A DNA stretch of 63,980 bases, filler included, from Aduncisulcus paluster (lineage: Eukaryota), in assembly GCA_024181965.1 (NCBI GenBank). It is 7 parts of 7 records of this genome, joined end to end, with 100 filler letters (N's around TTAATTAATTAA, not from the genome) between each part and the next. Parts side by side here need not be neighbours in the genome. Positions count along the whole stretch, not along the records: positions 22,220 to 28,168 come from BQXS01011098.1; positions 28,269 to 56,606 come from BQXS01011099.1; 5 more parts are not named here. The stretch is one strand, 5' to 3'. Below are positions 22,220 to 33,600 of the stretch, piece by piece; the first letter of the stretch is position 1; each line of letters starts with the position of its first letter. The notes under the pieces are model-generated. The model was not told where the DNA came from. It made no database searches and worked only from the letters and a program-made list of their open reading frames with translations. The translations under genes and the position numbers were made by a program.

Positions 22220-25200
22220 CGTTTATCTTTGTATGATTCAAATCAAAACAAGACAACTAAGACCTTTTCTCTTTGTCCAGCTGCTCAATCAATTACACCC
22301 AAGGCCTCTCTAGATGGAGAGAAAGCCCTTGACGATGCCATGAAAGAATGTACTGTTCCGACAATTTCAGACCATTGTGTTAGAGATCAACACAATCAAA
22401 TAACATATAACGTTGATGGGCCAGCTTTGTTGACAATTCCAACATTTTCTTCTGATTCCACTTCCCCAATATCATCCTCACCCCGACAGAGTCCCTATCC
22501 ATCCCATGATACAAATTGGAGTTGTTCCAAGAGTGATAGTCAAGGAGATGAGACATCGAAAAAATTCTATTCATGGTATTACTTACCAATTTGCTGCTCT
22601 TCTCGTGGTCTGGAAGTGGAAAGAATAGATGTCGAAAGCCTTGCAGAAAATGACGAACAGATACCTTTGATATCCATGGGAAAAATGATCTTTGTTGGAC
22701 CAGAATATGATAGTTTCTCAGATGGACTGAGTATTGTTGGCCCAAGTGATAGCGATTCTAGTGGCAGAAAAGATTCTTCGGATACTGATGATTCTTCGGA
22801 TACTTCTCCATTGGATCGAATCAGGGAGTTGAAAAAAAAGAATGGTGATGGCAGATCTGTATCTAAAACACCAGAGGCAACACTTCGATATGGTTTTGGA
22901 GATCAATATCGTATTTCTCCCGACCACAACACAAATCCCCACATCTCAACAATAAGACTAATATCACATACGGCTATAGAAAATGAGCACGAAGAACAAG
23001 AATATGAATATGCAGCAGAAACAGAATCTGTTGAATCTGGTTATCTTGAGTTTGGACAGCTCAATCCTCAAGAAGATCAAGATCAAGATCAAACGATTTC
23101 CAATGTATCCGATAAGTATACTGTTCTTACTCAAATTGATTCTTGTTTTAAAAATAACGCACTTTTCTTTAAATGTGAAACATCGAAAAGTCTTGATCCT
23201 CAGAAACATTCTCGACTATCTTCCTCTTCCTCTTCTTCTTCTTCTGATTCAACACAGGGCAGCCCTAAACCCCCTGAATTGAATGAAGATCATTGCGCAC
23301 CTCCCAACCCCCAAGCTCCATTCAAACGGATAGGTGGAGTTAGTAATCATAAGATAGTTCATTCTGAACAGTTATCTTCTTCTTTTGGCCCTGTGTGTTC
23401 CTCTATGATTACTCAGCAACAATATGGAACTCAAACAACACAAACTCATCAACCTTTCAGTTCAAGAGCTAGTCTTTCTTCTATTTATAGCACAAGAGTG
23501 ACATCCTCTCTTGAACCTGGAGCTGGAAGTGAAAATGACATTGGTCCATATTCCAATCCCATAGCTTCCTCTCCCTCGTTAATACATTCGACTCATGATA
23601 CTCATGATACTCATGATACTCATGATACCCATGAGACACGAATTTATTATGATTATGCTGCATCATATGATACATATTGCGAGGAAAAACATGATCTTTC
23701 TCAATATGAACATCATGAAGGAAACACTCCTTTGATGGAATGCCGTCATTATCAAGATGGAACTCGTCTTTCGACTGAAATAGAGAGCGAAGATCAACAG
23801 GACAGTATAGATGAATTTTCTCAAAGCATGATGTATAGTAGTTATAGAAATAATGGAGATTATTGTCCATTCTCATCAAAGGGAGATGAAAGGGATGTTC
23901 ATACACCCTCATTTAACAAGGAGTCAACCACATTTAAAACAGATCATTATCCTCTCAAGTACAAACCTAAGAAAGATTCTTTTACTTTGACTTCATCGTC
24001 AACAATCACTCGTTTGCGCTCCATTGGTCATGGTGGGTTTGGAGAGGTTCTTCTTGTCAAGGTTGACGGCATTGATTCTCCATGTGTTCTGAAGAAAATG
24101 CTCCGTGAAGCTGATGAAAGGGTTGTGAAAGATTGTCGAAAGGAGTTCAAGATGCAACTCAAATTGTTTACGAATGGCAAATGTTACAACCGTATCCCAC
24201 GTCCTCTGTATATCCTTGACCTGCTTGATTCCGACATGAAAGGTGTTTATGGCTTCCTGATGGAGTTCTGTGTTGGAGGCAGTGTTAGTGCGTTTGCCAA
24301 GCATTGGTGTGCTGATGGCAAGTATGTGAGTGTTGATGATACTGCTGATGATAGTGAACCCTCAGACTCTAGTTCTGCTTCTGACAGTGACGATCACAAG
24401 GATTTTGATCCCATGACACTGAACCCTGTGAAAGTGTGTTCATTATGTGTTGGAATGATCGAATGTCTTGCTGATGTGTTTAAGGCTAAACCAAAGCTTG
24501 TGCATCGAGACATTAAACCTGACAACTTCCTTGTTCGTGTTGATCCCGATTCTAAGAAATGCACCATAGTTCTTGCTGATCTCGGTCTTGCTCAGATCCG
24601 AAACTCCATCTCCTCTTCCACAAGCTATAAAAGCTTCGAATCCTCCCCCTCTCCTTTTTCTGATATTTCATTCCCAGAAGAGATTAAAGAGAAAAAAAAA
24701 TCACCTTTCAAGAAAATCTGCGGAACTCTAGTGTATAATTCATACCAAGCTCTTCATGGATGGTTTAGTCAAGCGAGTGATGCTTACTCACTCGGAATTT
24801 CAATATTGGCTCTGTTTATATGCCGAGACCCTTTCATAGAAATGCCAATATTTCGAAAGATTCTAGAAACTCCCGACGAAAATAGCAACATCAATCTCGT
24901 CAAAACTCTCATAAAAGTCATAGAAGAAGGAATGAGTCCCAAAATACACCAGTCAGTTCTGTTTAAATCGCTAAAAACACTCGAAGATGGTAAATTTTTG
25001 CCCATTTATTCATGTTTAAATCAGGTATTCGAAGGATTGACAAAATTTGATACTGACGAACGAATGACTGTTAATGTAGCCCGATCACATGTACAAACGA
25101 TTAAGCACTTGCTTCCAAAGATTGGAGAAGGATTAAATTGGGAGAAATGTTCAGCAATTCCTGTATCACCACTAATCACCTACCCTCAATCGTTGTATGA

Positions 25201-25252
25201 TCATTCAGAAGCTTCCATAGAAAATAGTGTGGCTGAAAGTCTGATTATGTAG
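22220..25252 (+). CDS. Ser/Thr protein kinase of the expanded family, 5'-partial, with a long low-complexity N-terminal region
   Basis: IGHGGFGEV, VLKK, HRDIKPDN, ADLG, CGTLVYNS and SDAYSLG are present. The frame is open to the contig edge. The remnant TSKKFYSWYYLPI resembles the repeat domain. Confidence 0.9.
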   Translation, partial: RLSLYDSNQNKTTKTFSLCPAAQSITPKASLDGEKALDDAMKECTVPTISDHCVRDQHNQITYNVDGPALLTIPTFSSDSTSPISSSPRQSPYPSHDTNWSCSKSDSQGDETSKKFYSWYYLPICCSSRGLEVERIDVESLAENDEQIPLISMGKMIFVGPEYDSFSDGLSIVGPSDSDSSGRKDSSDTDDSSDTSPLDRIRELKKKNGDGRSVSKTPEATLRYGFGDQYRISPDHNTNPHISTIRLISHTAIENEHEEQEYEYAAETESVESGYLEFGQLNPQEDQDQDQTISNVSDKYTVLTQIDSCFKNNALFFKCETSKSLDPQKHSRLSSSSSSSSSDSTQGSPKPPELNEDHCAPPNPQAPFKRIGGVSNHKIVHSEQLSSSFGPVCSSMITQQQYGTQTTQTHQPFSSRASLSSIYSTRVTSSLEPGAGSENDIGPYSNPIASSPSLIHSTHDTHDTHDTHDTHETRIYYDYAASYDTYCEEKHDLSQYEHHEGNTPLMECRHYQDGTRLSTEIESEDQQDSIDEFSQSMMYSSYRNNGDYCPFSSKGDERDVHTPSFNKESTTFKTDHYPLKYKPKKDSFTLTSSSTITRLRSIGHGGFGEVLLVKVDGIDSPCVLKKMLREADERVVKDCRKEFKMQLKLFTNGKCYNRIPRPLYILDLLDSDMKGVYGFLMEFCVGGSVSAFAKHWCADGKYVSVDDTADDSEPSDSSSASDSDDHKDFDPMTLNPVKVCSLCVGMIECLADVFKAKPKLVHRDIKPDNFLVRVDPDSKKCTIVLADLGLAQIRNSISSSTSYKSFESSPSPFSDISFPEEIKEKKKSPFKKICGTLVYNSYQALHGWFSQASDAYSLGISILALFICRDPFIEMPIFRKILETPDENSNINLVKTLIKVIEEGMSPKIHQSVLFKSLKTLEDGKFLPIYSCLNQVFEGLTKFDTDERMTVNVARSHVQTIKHLLPKIGEGLNWEKCSAIPVSPLITYPQSLYDHSEASIENSVAESLIM

Positions 25253-25398
25253 ACAATTATGAACAATTACAAACAATTTAGACCTTAGATTTTGGAATAG
25301 ATCTATCTTAGATCTATATCAATCAATGGAAATTATTTATAAATAGAATGAGTGTAAAAAACAAATGACAAGCAGATCAAGAAAGCAAAGTAACAAGT

Positions 25399-25634
25399 TT
25401 CTCATATTCTGACAGTGATATTCCCAAATGGGAACTTTGTCAATAGTTTGCCATGGAAGATGGAACAGTCCTCGACAGGGGGGAAGAGCTCAGAGATACA
25501 TTGCGCCATTTTTAGAAAGAATTTAATAAAAACTTCCTAATAATTTCCTTATGTATATATAGCGTTCACCAGTATTTTTCGAGCGGGGCTGAAAATTATT
25601 GGTAAGGAACTTCTCATATTCTGACAGTGATATT
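25399..25634. repeat. Exact 24-bp direct repeat TTCTCATATTCTGACAGTGATATT (25399-25422, 25611-25634)
   Basis: Seen directly. The two copies bracket 188 bp of intergenic DNA. Confidence 0.85.
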
Positions 25635-26575
25635 ACAGTATACCGAACGGAAAACTAAATCTATTATGGCTCCGGAGCCTCCGAGATGCTGAGCATCTCA
25701 AAACTTTGGTGGACTAAAAGTAACTTTTGGTATGAAGAAGCATTGTATTTTTGCAGTTTTGGGGGAATAACTGCTCGAGGCAAAAATTATTATCATGAGA
25801 TTATCATTATCTCGAGATCTTGATCAAAAACAGGAAAAATTGTATGGACATGACTAAGAACTATCGAGATTGTGACATGCGGGGTTCATTCAGAGCAAGA
25901 TTGGATGCATGGATCTACTAAGAAACTTTCTTAATGATTTGAAGGTGAAAAGTGAAAGCAGAGAACGGCTCACTCATTACACCGGCCATATTTCAGATTT
26001 GGTGAAATGATAGACTTATCATTCAAAAACTAAACAGAAACTGAAGTTCGAAATCGAAAAAAAATAAAGGATGTTATTTGGAGTGCATTTCATCCTATTT
26101 AATCGGTCGTGGTGTCTGACAACAACTCATCCAATTTAATCCAACTTCGAGGAGAAAAACGGAGATTTTATCTGCCGCATACATGACAAGGCGTCATAGA
26201 AATGCCAATCTACTGTAGATTATCTACAGTAGTAAGACCATTGTGGCACAATTGTCTCAATTGTCACTGAGAGTGACAATGAACAACTCAATACAATTAT
26301 TAATGAAGATATTATCATAATATTGCATTTTGTATGACAATTATCCATTAATTTATTCGTTTCATACAGTTATATATCATTTTCATTTGGATTTTTCCTA
26401 TATCGTGGGACCATGTGGTAATATCAAGTTAAATAAAATAATCACAATTTTATTTCAATATAATGTAATTACCTCCCAATAGAATTCCCAGTAATTAAAC
26501 AAACTAAAACTAATCAAGATTAAGTGTGGTTTTGTACTTAATATAAGGTTATTTTGATCTTAATAACTGTATTAA

Positions 26576-28168
26576 ATGTTCATCTCTTTGCTAAACAATT
26601 GCTTTATGACAAATATATTCTCAGTCATGAATTATAGTACAGTATATTCAAAATGTGTTTCTCCGACTAATTATAATTCATTTTTTTCATTTATTTTGGC
26701 AATTTGGGTTTTAATGGTGCTCATGTCAGTTTTCTTTGGGAATATCCCGTTGATTTCTTCTCTTCAAATTTTTTCAGAGTTCTCCCATCCCTTCCAAATC
26801 ATGTCACCGACGGAAATTTTATCGAACAATTCTTCATCTCTATTTCCTTTTCAATGCTTATCCTGTGAAGATCGTGCATATTATCAACATTCTTTACTGC
26901 CACATCCAGTTGGGAGAAATCTTCTCCATATTCTTGCTGTTCTCTCCATCACTCTTGTTGCCATTGGTCTGGTCATTAAAATGAGGTCTTCTATTCCCAC
27001 CATCCTCATCTTCTTGGTTGTTCTGAGTCTGTCCTTCCAGTCTGTCCTTTGTGATGGATATTTCTCTGACGAATGTTCCATGCATATCTCTGAAGACGAC
27101 CATTTGGAGTGCAATGAGGTATATCCTGGTCGTTATGCAGCCGAGTGTGAGGATGGGTATTATTATGACCAAGGAGAGTATTCTTGTGTTTATGATACCA
27201 ATACTGACTGTCCCAATGACATGAATGATAATCAAATGTGTGTCAAAACAGCAGATGATGATGTTATTACATCTGATTGTCGATCTGCCTGGTATGGCGA
27301 TAATTGTGACCAGTTGTATTCCGTTCATATCCCTGATAAGTTGTTCAGAGGTAAAGTTTGTGATGCTATAAGCAATAGTGATCCACTATGCGATGTCACA
27401 GAGTTTGAAATGGCTGGTATAAATGGGGAATTTTATTCTCAGGTTTCCCATATTACGTCCTTTGAAGGTGCTCAGTATTTGATAAACATTTATTTTTTCC
27501 GTGGAGCAAATACAGATGTAACATCAGTTTATTCTATTTCTTTCCTTGAACAACTATCATACTTATCTTTTAATCAGAATTTAACTACCTATAATGGCAA
27601 TATTTATGATCTCAATTCCTTGTTCACATTGAATAGATTGTATGGATTGCCTATTTATGGGAATGAACAAATCTATGATATATCTTTCTCATTTAGGAAT
27701 GTTGGATTGTATTATATGTCTATTGCGAATACAAATTATTCTGCATTCATACCTCTCTGTAGATCAGAAGATGATACCGATTATTGGACATTTATAACGA
27801 CTGTCTTTCCAATTCATTCATCAGACTCAGACAATAAGGATATATACTATATTCCCAATAGTTGTGCTTTGAACAATGTGGATGATTATGTATGTGACTC
27901 AGAAACATTTCCAACGCAATGCCCTTCAATAGTTCTGAATGAGGTGTACAACAGTGTTGCTGATCCTGCAGTCAAAGAATGTGCTTTCATTGCCAAGTCT
28001 TCTGATGGTAAATGTTACACTGTTCATGATGATTATATTCGTCAGTACTTGGTTGCTAATTGTTTACCTGGAGGAACTAATGATCTAGACTCTGGAATAA
28101 TCAGTGTTGCCACGATGAGGAGTGTTTTGTCATGTCCATTGGATACTAATAGTAATGAGTCATTGTCA
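26576..28168 (+). CDS. Cys-rich/LRR membrane or surface protein, 3'-partial
   Basis: Several N-terminal hydrophobic segments, EGF-like Cys spacing (CRSAWYGDNC), internalin-like VHIPDKLFR..VC / ITSFEGAQYLINI cap, and degenerate LRRs. Confidence 0.75.
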
Positions 28169-28268
28169 NNNNNNNNNNNNNNNNNNNNNNNNNNNNNNNN
28201 NNNNNNNNNNNNTTAATTAATTAANNNNNNNNNNNNNNNNNNNNNNNNNNNNNNNNNNNNNNNNNNNN

Positions 28269-30242
28269 TCTGCACACCAACGCTTGGAGAATGCACTCAC
28301 ACTGCCTCCAACACAGAACTCCATCAGGAAGCCATATATACCTTTCATATCGCAATCAAGCAGGTCAAGGATATACAGAGGACGTGGGATACGGTTGAAA
28401 CATTTGGGATTGTTAAACAACTTGAGTTGCACCTTAAACTCCTTCCGACAATCTTTCACAACCTTTTCATCCGCGATTTTAAGCATCTTCTTCAGAACAC
28501 ATGGGAAAGGAATGCCATCAACTTTGACAAGAAGAACCTCTCCGAACCCACCACTGCCAATGATGCACTGGGGAGTCAGGGTGGAGGCAGATGTCAGGGT
28601 TAGCGAGTCGTGCTTGGGTTTGTGCTCTTTTCTTTCTTTTTCTTTTTCTTTTTCTTTGGAAGATGACTCTTGGACTTTAGCAGTCTCTGTGGCTAGATCA
28701 AGAGCTTCACAGGAGACATCATTCTTTTCTTTCAATACAATCTCTCTCTTTAATTCTATAGATTTGTATTCTTTCTCTTCTTCTCCTTCTTCTCTCCTTT
28801 CTTTCTCTTTCTTTGGGTATGATTCAGTAAGACTTGAATAAGATTCTGATCCAAACCCAGAATCCAAAGACAACAAGGCAGAATGCTGGGGGGTTGAAGA
28901 CGAATGAATAGGAGTTCGTTCGAAAGGAGATGAAGATGTTTTTTTCGATGATGATTGAATTTTTTGGATTGATGGATTTGTAACGGTCTGGAACATTTCA
29001 GGTCTTCCACTCTTCACGAAAAAGAGCGAGAATATGAAGAAATGTCGACAACTACGATACTCCCATGTTCCTTTCCCTTGAATTATACATAACACAACAT
29101 TAGAGAGATCAGTGGGGAGGAAATACCATTCGTCCCACTCCTTAGGTCTTGGGAAGCTGAAACGCTTCAATGTATTTGTACCATCTGTGTGAACAAAAGT
29201 AAATAAAAGATCAGGGGAACTAAATTTCTTGTGAACACAGATATAAACACCGGCAATAACCTTTGGAGAAGGGAAAGGAATGGAAAGATGAGACGCTGTG
29301 AGACTATCTTTTCCTTGTATCATTCTCAAAGCATTGGAATTCTGGTTGTATCCTTTCGATTCCTTGCCAAAAGATGAGTTTGTTGATTTAATCATTGTGA
29401 AAGTTGGTTTGATGACGGTGTAATCATCTCGAGGAACTGGAGGATGTTTCAGACCTGAAGTACAATATTCAGCATTCGCAAGAATCTAATTGATATTTGA
29501 AGATGGATAAAATGTAAGGTTTTAAGAATAAGATTAGCATATATAATTCAATAATAATATAACGAATAGTACAGTATAGTATAGTACAGTATAGTATAGT
29601 ACAGTATAGTATAGATCAATAGATAATAGAATAACAACATACAGCAGATACCCATTGCTTTGAAAAGGAATCTTCTTTGAATTTACGAGCAACGGATTCC
29701 TTTGGGGTTTCTTTTCGGACAAAAACAAGGGAATCGATACAAAAATACTCAGTTTTTTGACCTCTTCCTTCGATTTCACAGCGAACGGCAGGACTAGAAA
29801 GATCAATGGGAAGGTAAAACCAACAAGGGCCTTCAATTTCATGAAATTCATACTTTTTGGATATCCTTTGTTTCTTTAAGGTGAAAACAAGGGACGACGG
29901 TGAGGAGTCAGTATTCCAGAGGCATATATAAGCACCTTTGATATATGTGGGTGAGGAGAAGGGAATGGAAATATGGGTAAAAAATCCAGAATTATATTCT
30001 CTCTTAACCATCCACCGAGCTTCATAACTTTGATCTGGTTTAATGTCAGGATCTTGTCCGGAATCATTTCTAGCTGTGAGATTGGAAACATTCAGAGAAA
30101 TGATAGTGGGATCGGTTCCGGGGATTGGAATGCAATTTCTATCACCTTTATGAATAAAAACAGGTTGAACAATTTCCTGAGTGACAGGAAGAGACACTTT
30201 AGCTTTCTTTGAACGAGAACTGAATCGAGAGAAAATACCCAT
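28269..30242 (-). CDS. Repeat-domain (x2) + kinase protein, 3'-partial; exon 1 30242-29643, 157-nt phase-0 intron 29642-29486
   Basis: The splice QWVSA|ILANAEY joins the 208-aa and 392-aa ORFs in frame. Two copies of the SIPF..KGAYIC..W.FLP.DL..CEI.G domain precede the kinase N-lobe. Confidence 0.88.
29567..29614. repeat. Intronic microsatellite (TAGTACAGTATAGTA)x3
   Basis: Pentamer-based TAGTA/CAGTA array inside intron 29486-29642. Confidence 0.9.
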
Positions 30243-30660
30243 GATATTTTAATCTAATAAGATAAAAAAATCGAAAAGGTATTGATTTGTTAAGAATATC
30301 ATAAGATTCAACGAGAAAAAATAAGAAATTCGATAACGAGTCCAATTGGTTATGAACTACGGTTAATAATACAAAGATTAAAATCTAATAGTGAATATAA
30401 AAAAATATTGGCCATACAAAGTGATAATAATCGACTAAGACAGGAAAACAAGACTGATCATGATCAAGTTCTAAAATAGGTTAGTTGATGTATAATATTT
30501 ATTTAAAAAAAAGTAAATTCCAGAGAAAACAAAAGTGTGGTTTTTTAAATCGAAATTAGGCAATGTTCTGATTGAATAACAGACTTTTCTAATAAATAGG
30601 TGAAATTATCGGAAATGGTGCAGGACAGTGCAAATCGGAGGAAATATATCGGATATTTAA

Positions 30661-33600
30661 TCAAATAATCCACATTTTTTCATCGTTATCGGATGGTTTC
30701 ATGAGACTTGTGATTAGTGGGAAAGTAATTTCTCCACAAAATGGACATTCCTTTTGTAGAACTTCAATTGAAGGTTGAATTGCACTATCAAAGACCCCTG
30801 TTGACCCGTAAGAAAGCTGTAATTGAGAGATGTTTCTGCTTTCTTCCTCTTCAATTTCTTCTTTGGTCATAGTTTTCTCTTCTTCTTTCTCTTTTCGTTT
30901 TAATATCTGACTAATTCTCTTCCAAAACACTCTTTCTGTCGTTTGTTCTGCATGGCGATCCTTCTGTTCCTGGCGACCTTCTCTCTCTCTCTTCCATTCA
31001 TGAATGCACACTCGTTCCGCATCAATCAATTCTTCTTTTAGACATTCTCCACGCGCATTCAAGGGCAATGAGTAAGAACGAAGGAAAGAGGCAATGCATT
31101 TAACATGAACATAATGTCCACAGCCAAATAATATTGACGGGGGGATCGAACTGCTGGGGGGCACGATTAGTCGCTGACAAATCTCACATTTAGATCTTGG
31201 TTCTATTTTTAGACATTGTGAGAAAATCTCATACTCTGCTTCACTCTTTCTGGCACCAGCTCTTCCTCGATCCATAAGATCTGAGAATTCCTTTGATCTG
31301 GCTTGGATCTTGGCGAGCTCAGTCGAAACAAGTTCAAGAACATCATGATCGAATTCCCGAAGAATATCGTGTGAAAACTTGAGGACATCTTCAGGACTAA
31401 TCATAACTGTGGGTGGAATAAGCTGGAGCAATGAGAATACTTGTTGTTTCTCAGAGATATATATAGAAACTTCTTGAATCCAGGTTAGCCACATGTTTCT
31501 CAAAACTTCATTAAATGATTTTCTAGATGTTACAACACTGTTTTCACTCATAATATCATTTATATATTTAAACGTTTCTAAAAATAGACCATGTTTGATA
31601 AGAAGGTCGAATCCTTCACTGATTCTGTGAAGATATCTATACAAATGTGCACAGAGCTCGAACTCATCATTCCTTTCTGTTTCTCTGAGAACAACACTGA
31701 GAGATACCTTGCGAAGGTCAACCACCGATCTTGGTGGAAGAAGAGCAAATCCTTCCTTGTTCTGAATAAGGAGAACTGCAGCAACAGTGTGGATTCTTGG
31801 ATCGGTCCAATACTGATGATTCAAAGCATACAAAAGTATTTTGAGGGAATAGAAACGAATTGTTTTTGTGTTTATCCCACGTTTAGAGCAAATGAGCCAA
31901 GGTTCATCAGCTGAAATTTGTTCTTCATCTTCCTCTTCTTCTCGCTGATTTGGTGAGCAAAAAATCTCTTCTCTTTCCGCTTGTGACTTTCTCCACCCCT
32001 CAAGAACACTATTAATATCTTTCCCCTCAACAAGCTCACTGATACAGTCGAACAACTTATCGCCAAACATCCTTCGTTCTTCCTCATTCACATGCCCAAG
32101 AAGGGTTGAGTCATGTCCATGTTCTTGAGGAGAAGCATCAAGGGTTGGAGAGGGTTCTATTTTTAGCTCAGGGCTACTCTCAGGGTGACTTGAGGAAGGG
32201 TTATAAATAGACCCTGAGAAAGATGATCCTGAGAAAGATGATTCAGGAGAGGGTGATGCAGAGTGAACCTCAGATAAGGGAGGAGAAGAAGGAGTATGTT
32301 CATCGGTTTCTTGATCATCAATTTCAATAGTGTTGCTATTTTTAGCATGAGGAATATTTTGAGAGTCAATAGTTGTTAAGAGATCGCTTCCTTTCTGAGT
32401 ATCTCCTTCCTTTCCTTCTTCTTCATGAAGTTTATCTTTGGCGTGAGTTTGAAGATCAACCCCTTTTTGTTCTTGTTCGAAGGTATCAGATAACTTCTCA
32501 TATATATTAATAGAAACATTTGAGAAACATTCTCTTCTTTCTACTCCATCCAGCAATGTTCCAATGAGATGTTCGTGTTTAAGATATATTTTGTTATCCA
32601 CACAAGACATGAATATTCTTGCACATTGTTGAGGCCGATGAGCAAAGAAAAGTCGAATGTAATGTTCAATATCAGAAACTAATTCTTTCCTCAAAATTGA
32701 TGTCATATCGCCATCTTCCTTGGCTTTTTCAAGAAAGAAACAATCATGGGAATATTCAAACTCAGCAGAGATGTGATGGATATTCTTGAGTAAATTTCCA
32801 TAAAGTTGTTCGGCATCGTGCCAATTTCCACTGATCATATAATTATGGGCTAATCTGCGGAAAAATAGTGGATTTTGTTGAAGGACTTGATTGGCAATAT
32901 CCTGTTCTCCATTGTTCTTCAGAATATTGTGCAAAGTTAGGGGTAATTTTGTATTATGAAAATACCATTGGATCTGTTCATTCGAAATAAAATCTCCCAT
33001 AAATGATGTGATTCCAATTGACAAAGAATGGAAAACATCGATTTCATTTGATATGACAAGAATAGAATCTTCGATCTTGGATATTTTCTTTGAGGGTTTC
33101 TTCTTTTTCTTGAGAGCACTCAAATCCAATTTACCACTTTTTGAAACTGAATGAGTAAAATCCTCCTCAACACGTGTGAACAGATCCATATGAACTCGGC
33201 TCCTTGATGTTATTCGACTTCTATTCGACCCGGATGAAAATGTACGATCATGTTCGAGTAACAACGACTCACTCACCCGACTCTCATCTCGAATATGCAA
33301 TGTGCTCATAGATAATGCATTATTCTGAACAACATTGGTATTAGAACTCATATTGATCGATCCTTCAAACACAGACATTATCATATTTTCTTTTGATTTG
33401 TCAGTTTGGCGCTGAAGCATTCTCTTCCTTTTGCGCTGGAGATTTCGTTCATGTCTAATGGTTTCTTTTAGGACTTCAATTCGTTTGGTTTCTTCCGCTT
33501 CCTCTCTCTCCTTTTTCCGCCTGATAATTTGCTTGTTGATAATTCCTTTGCAAGAACACCATATTTGTGCCAGCAATCCCATTGCAGAAGAACAAGCGCC

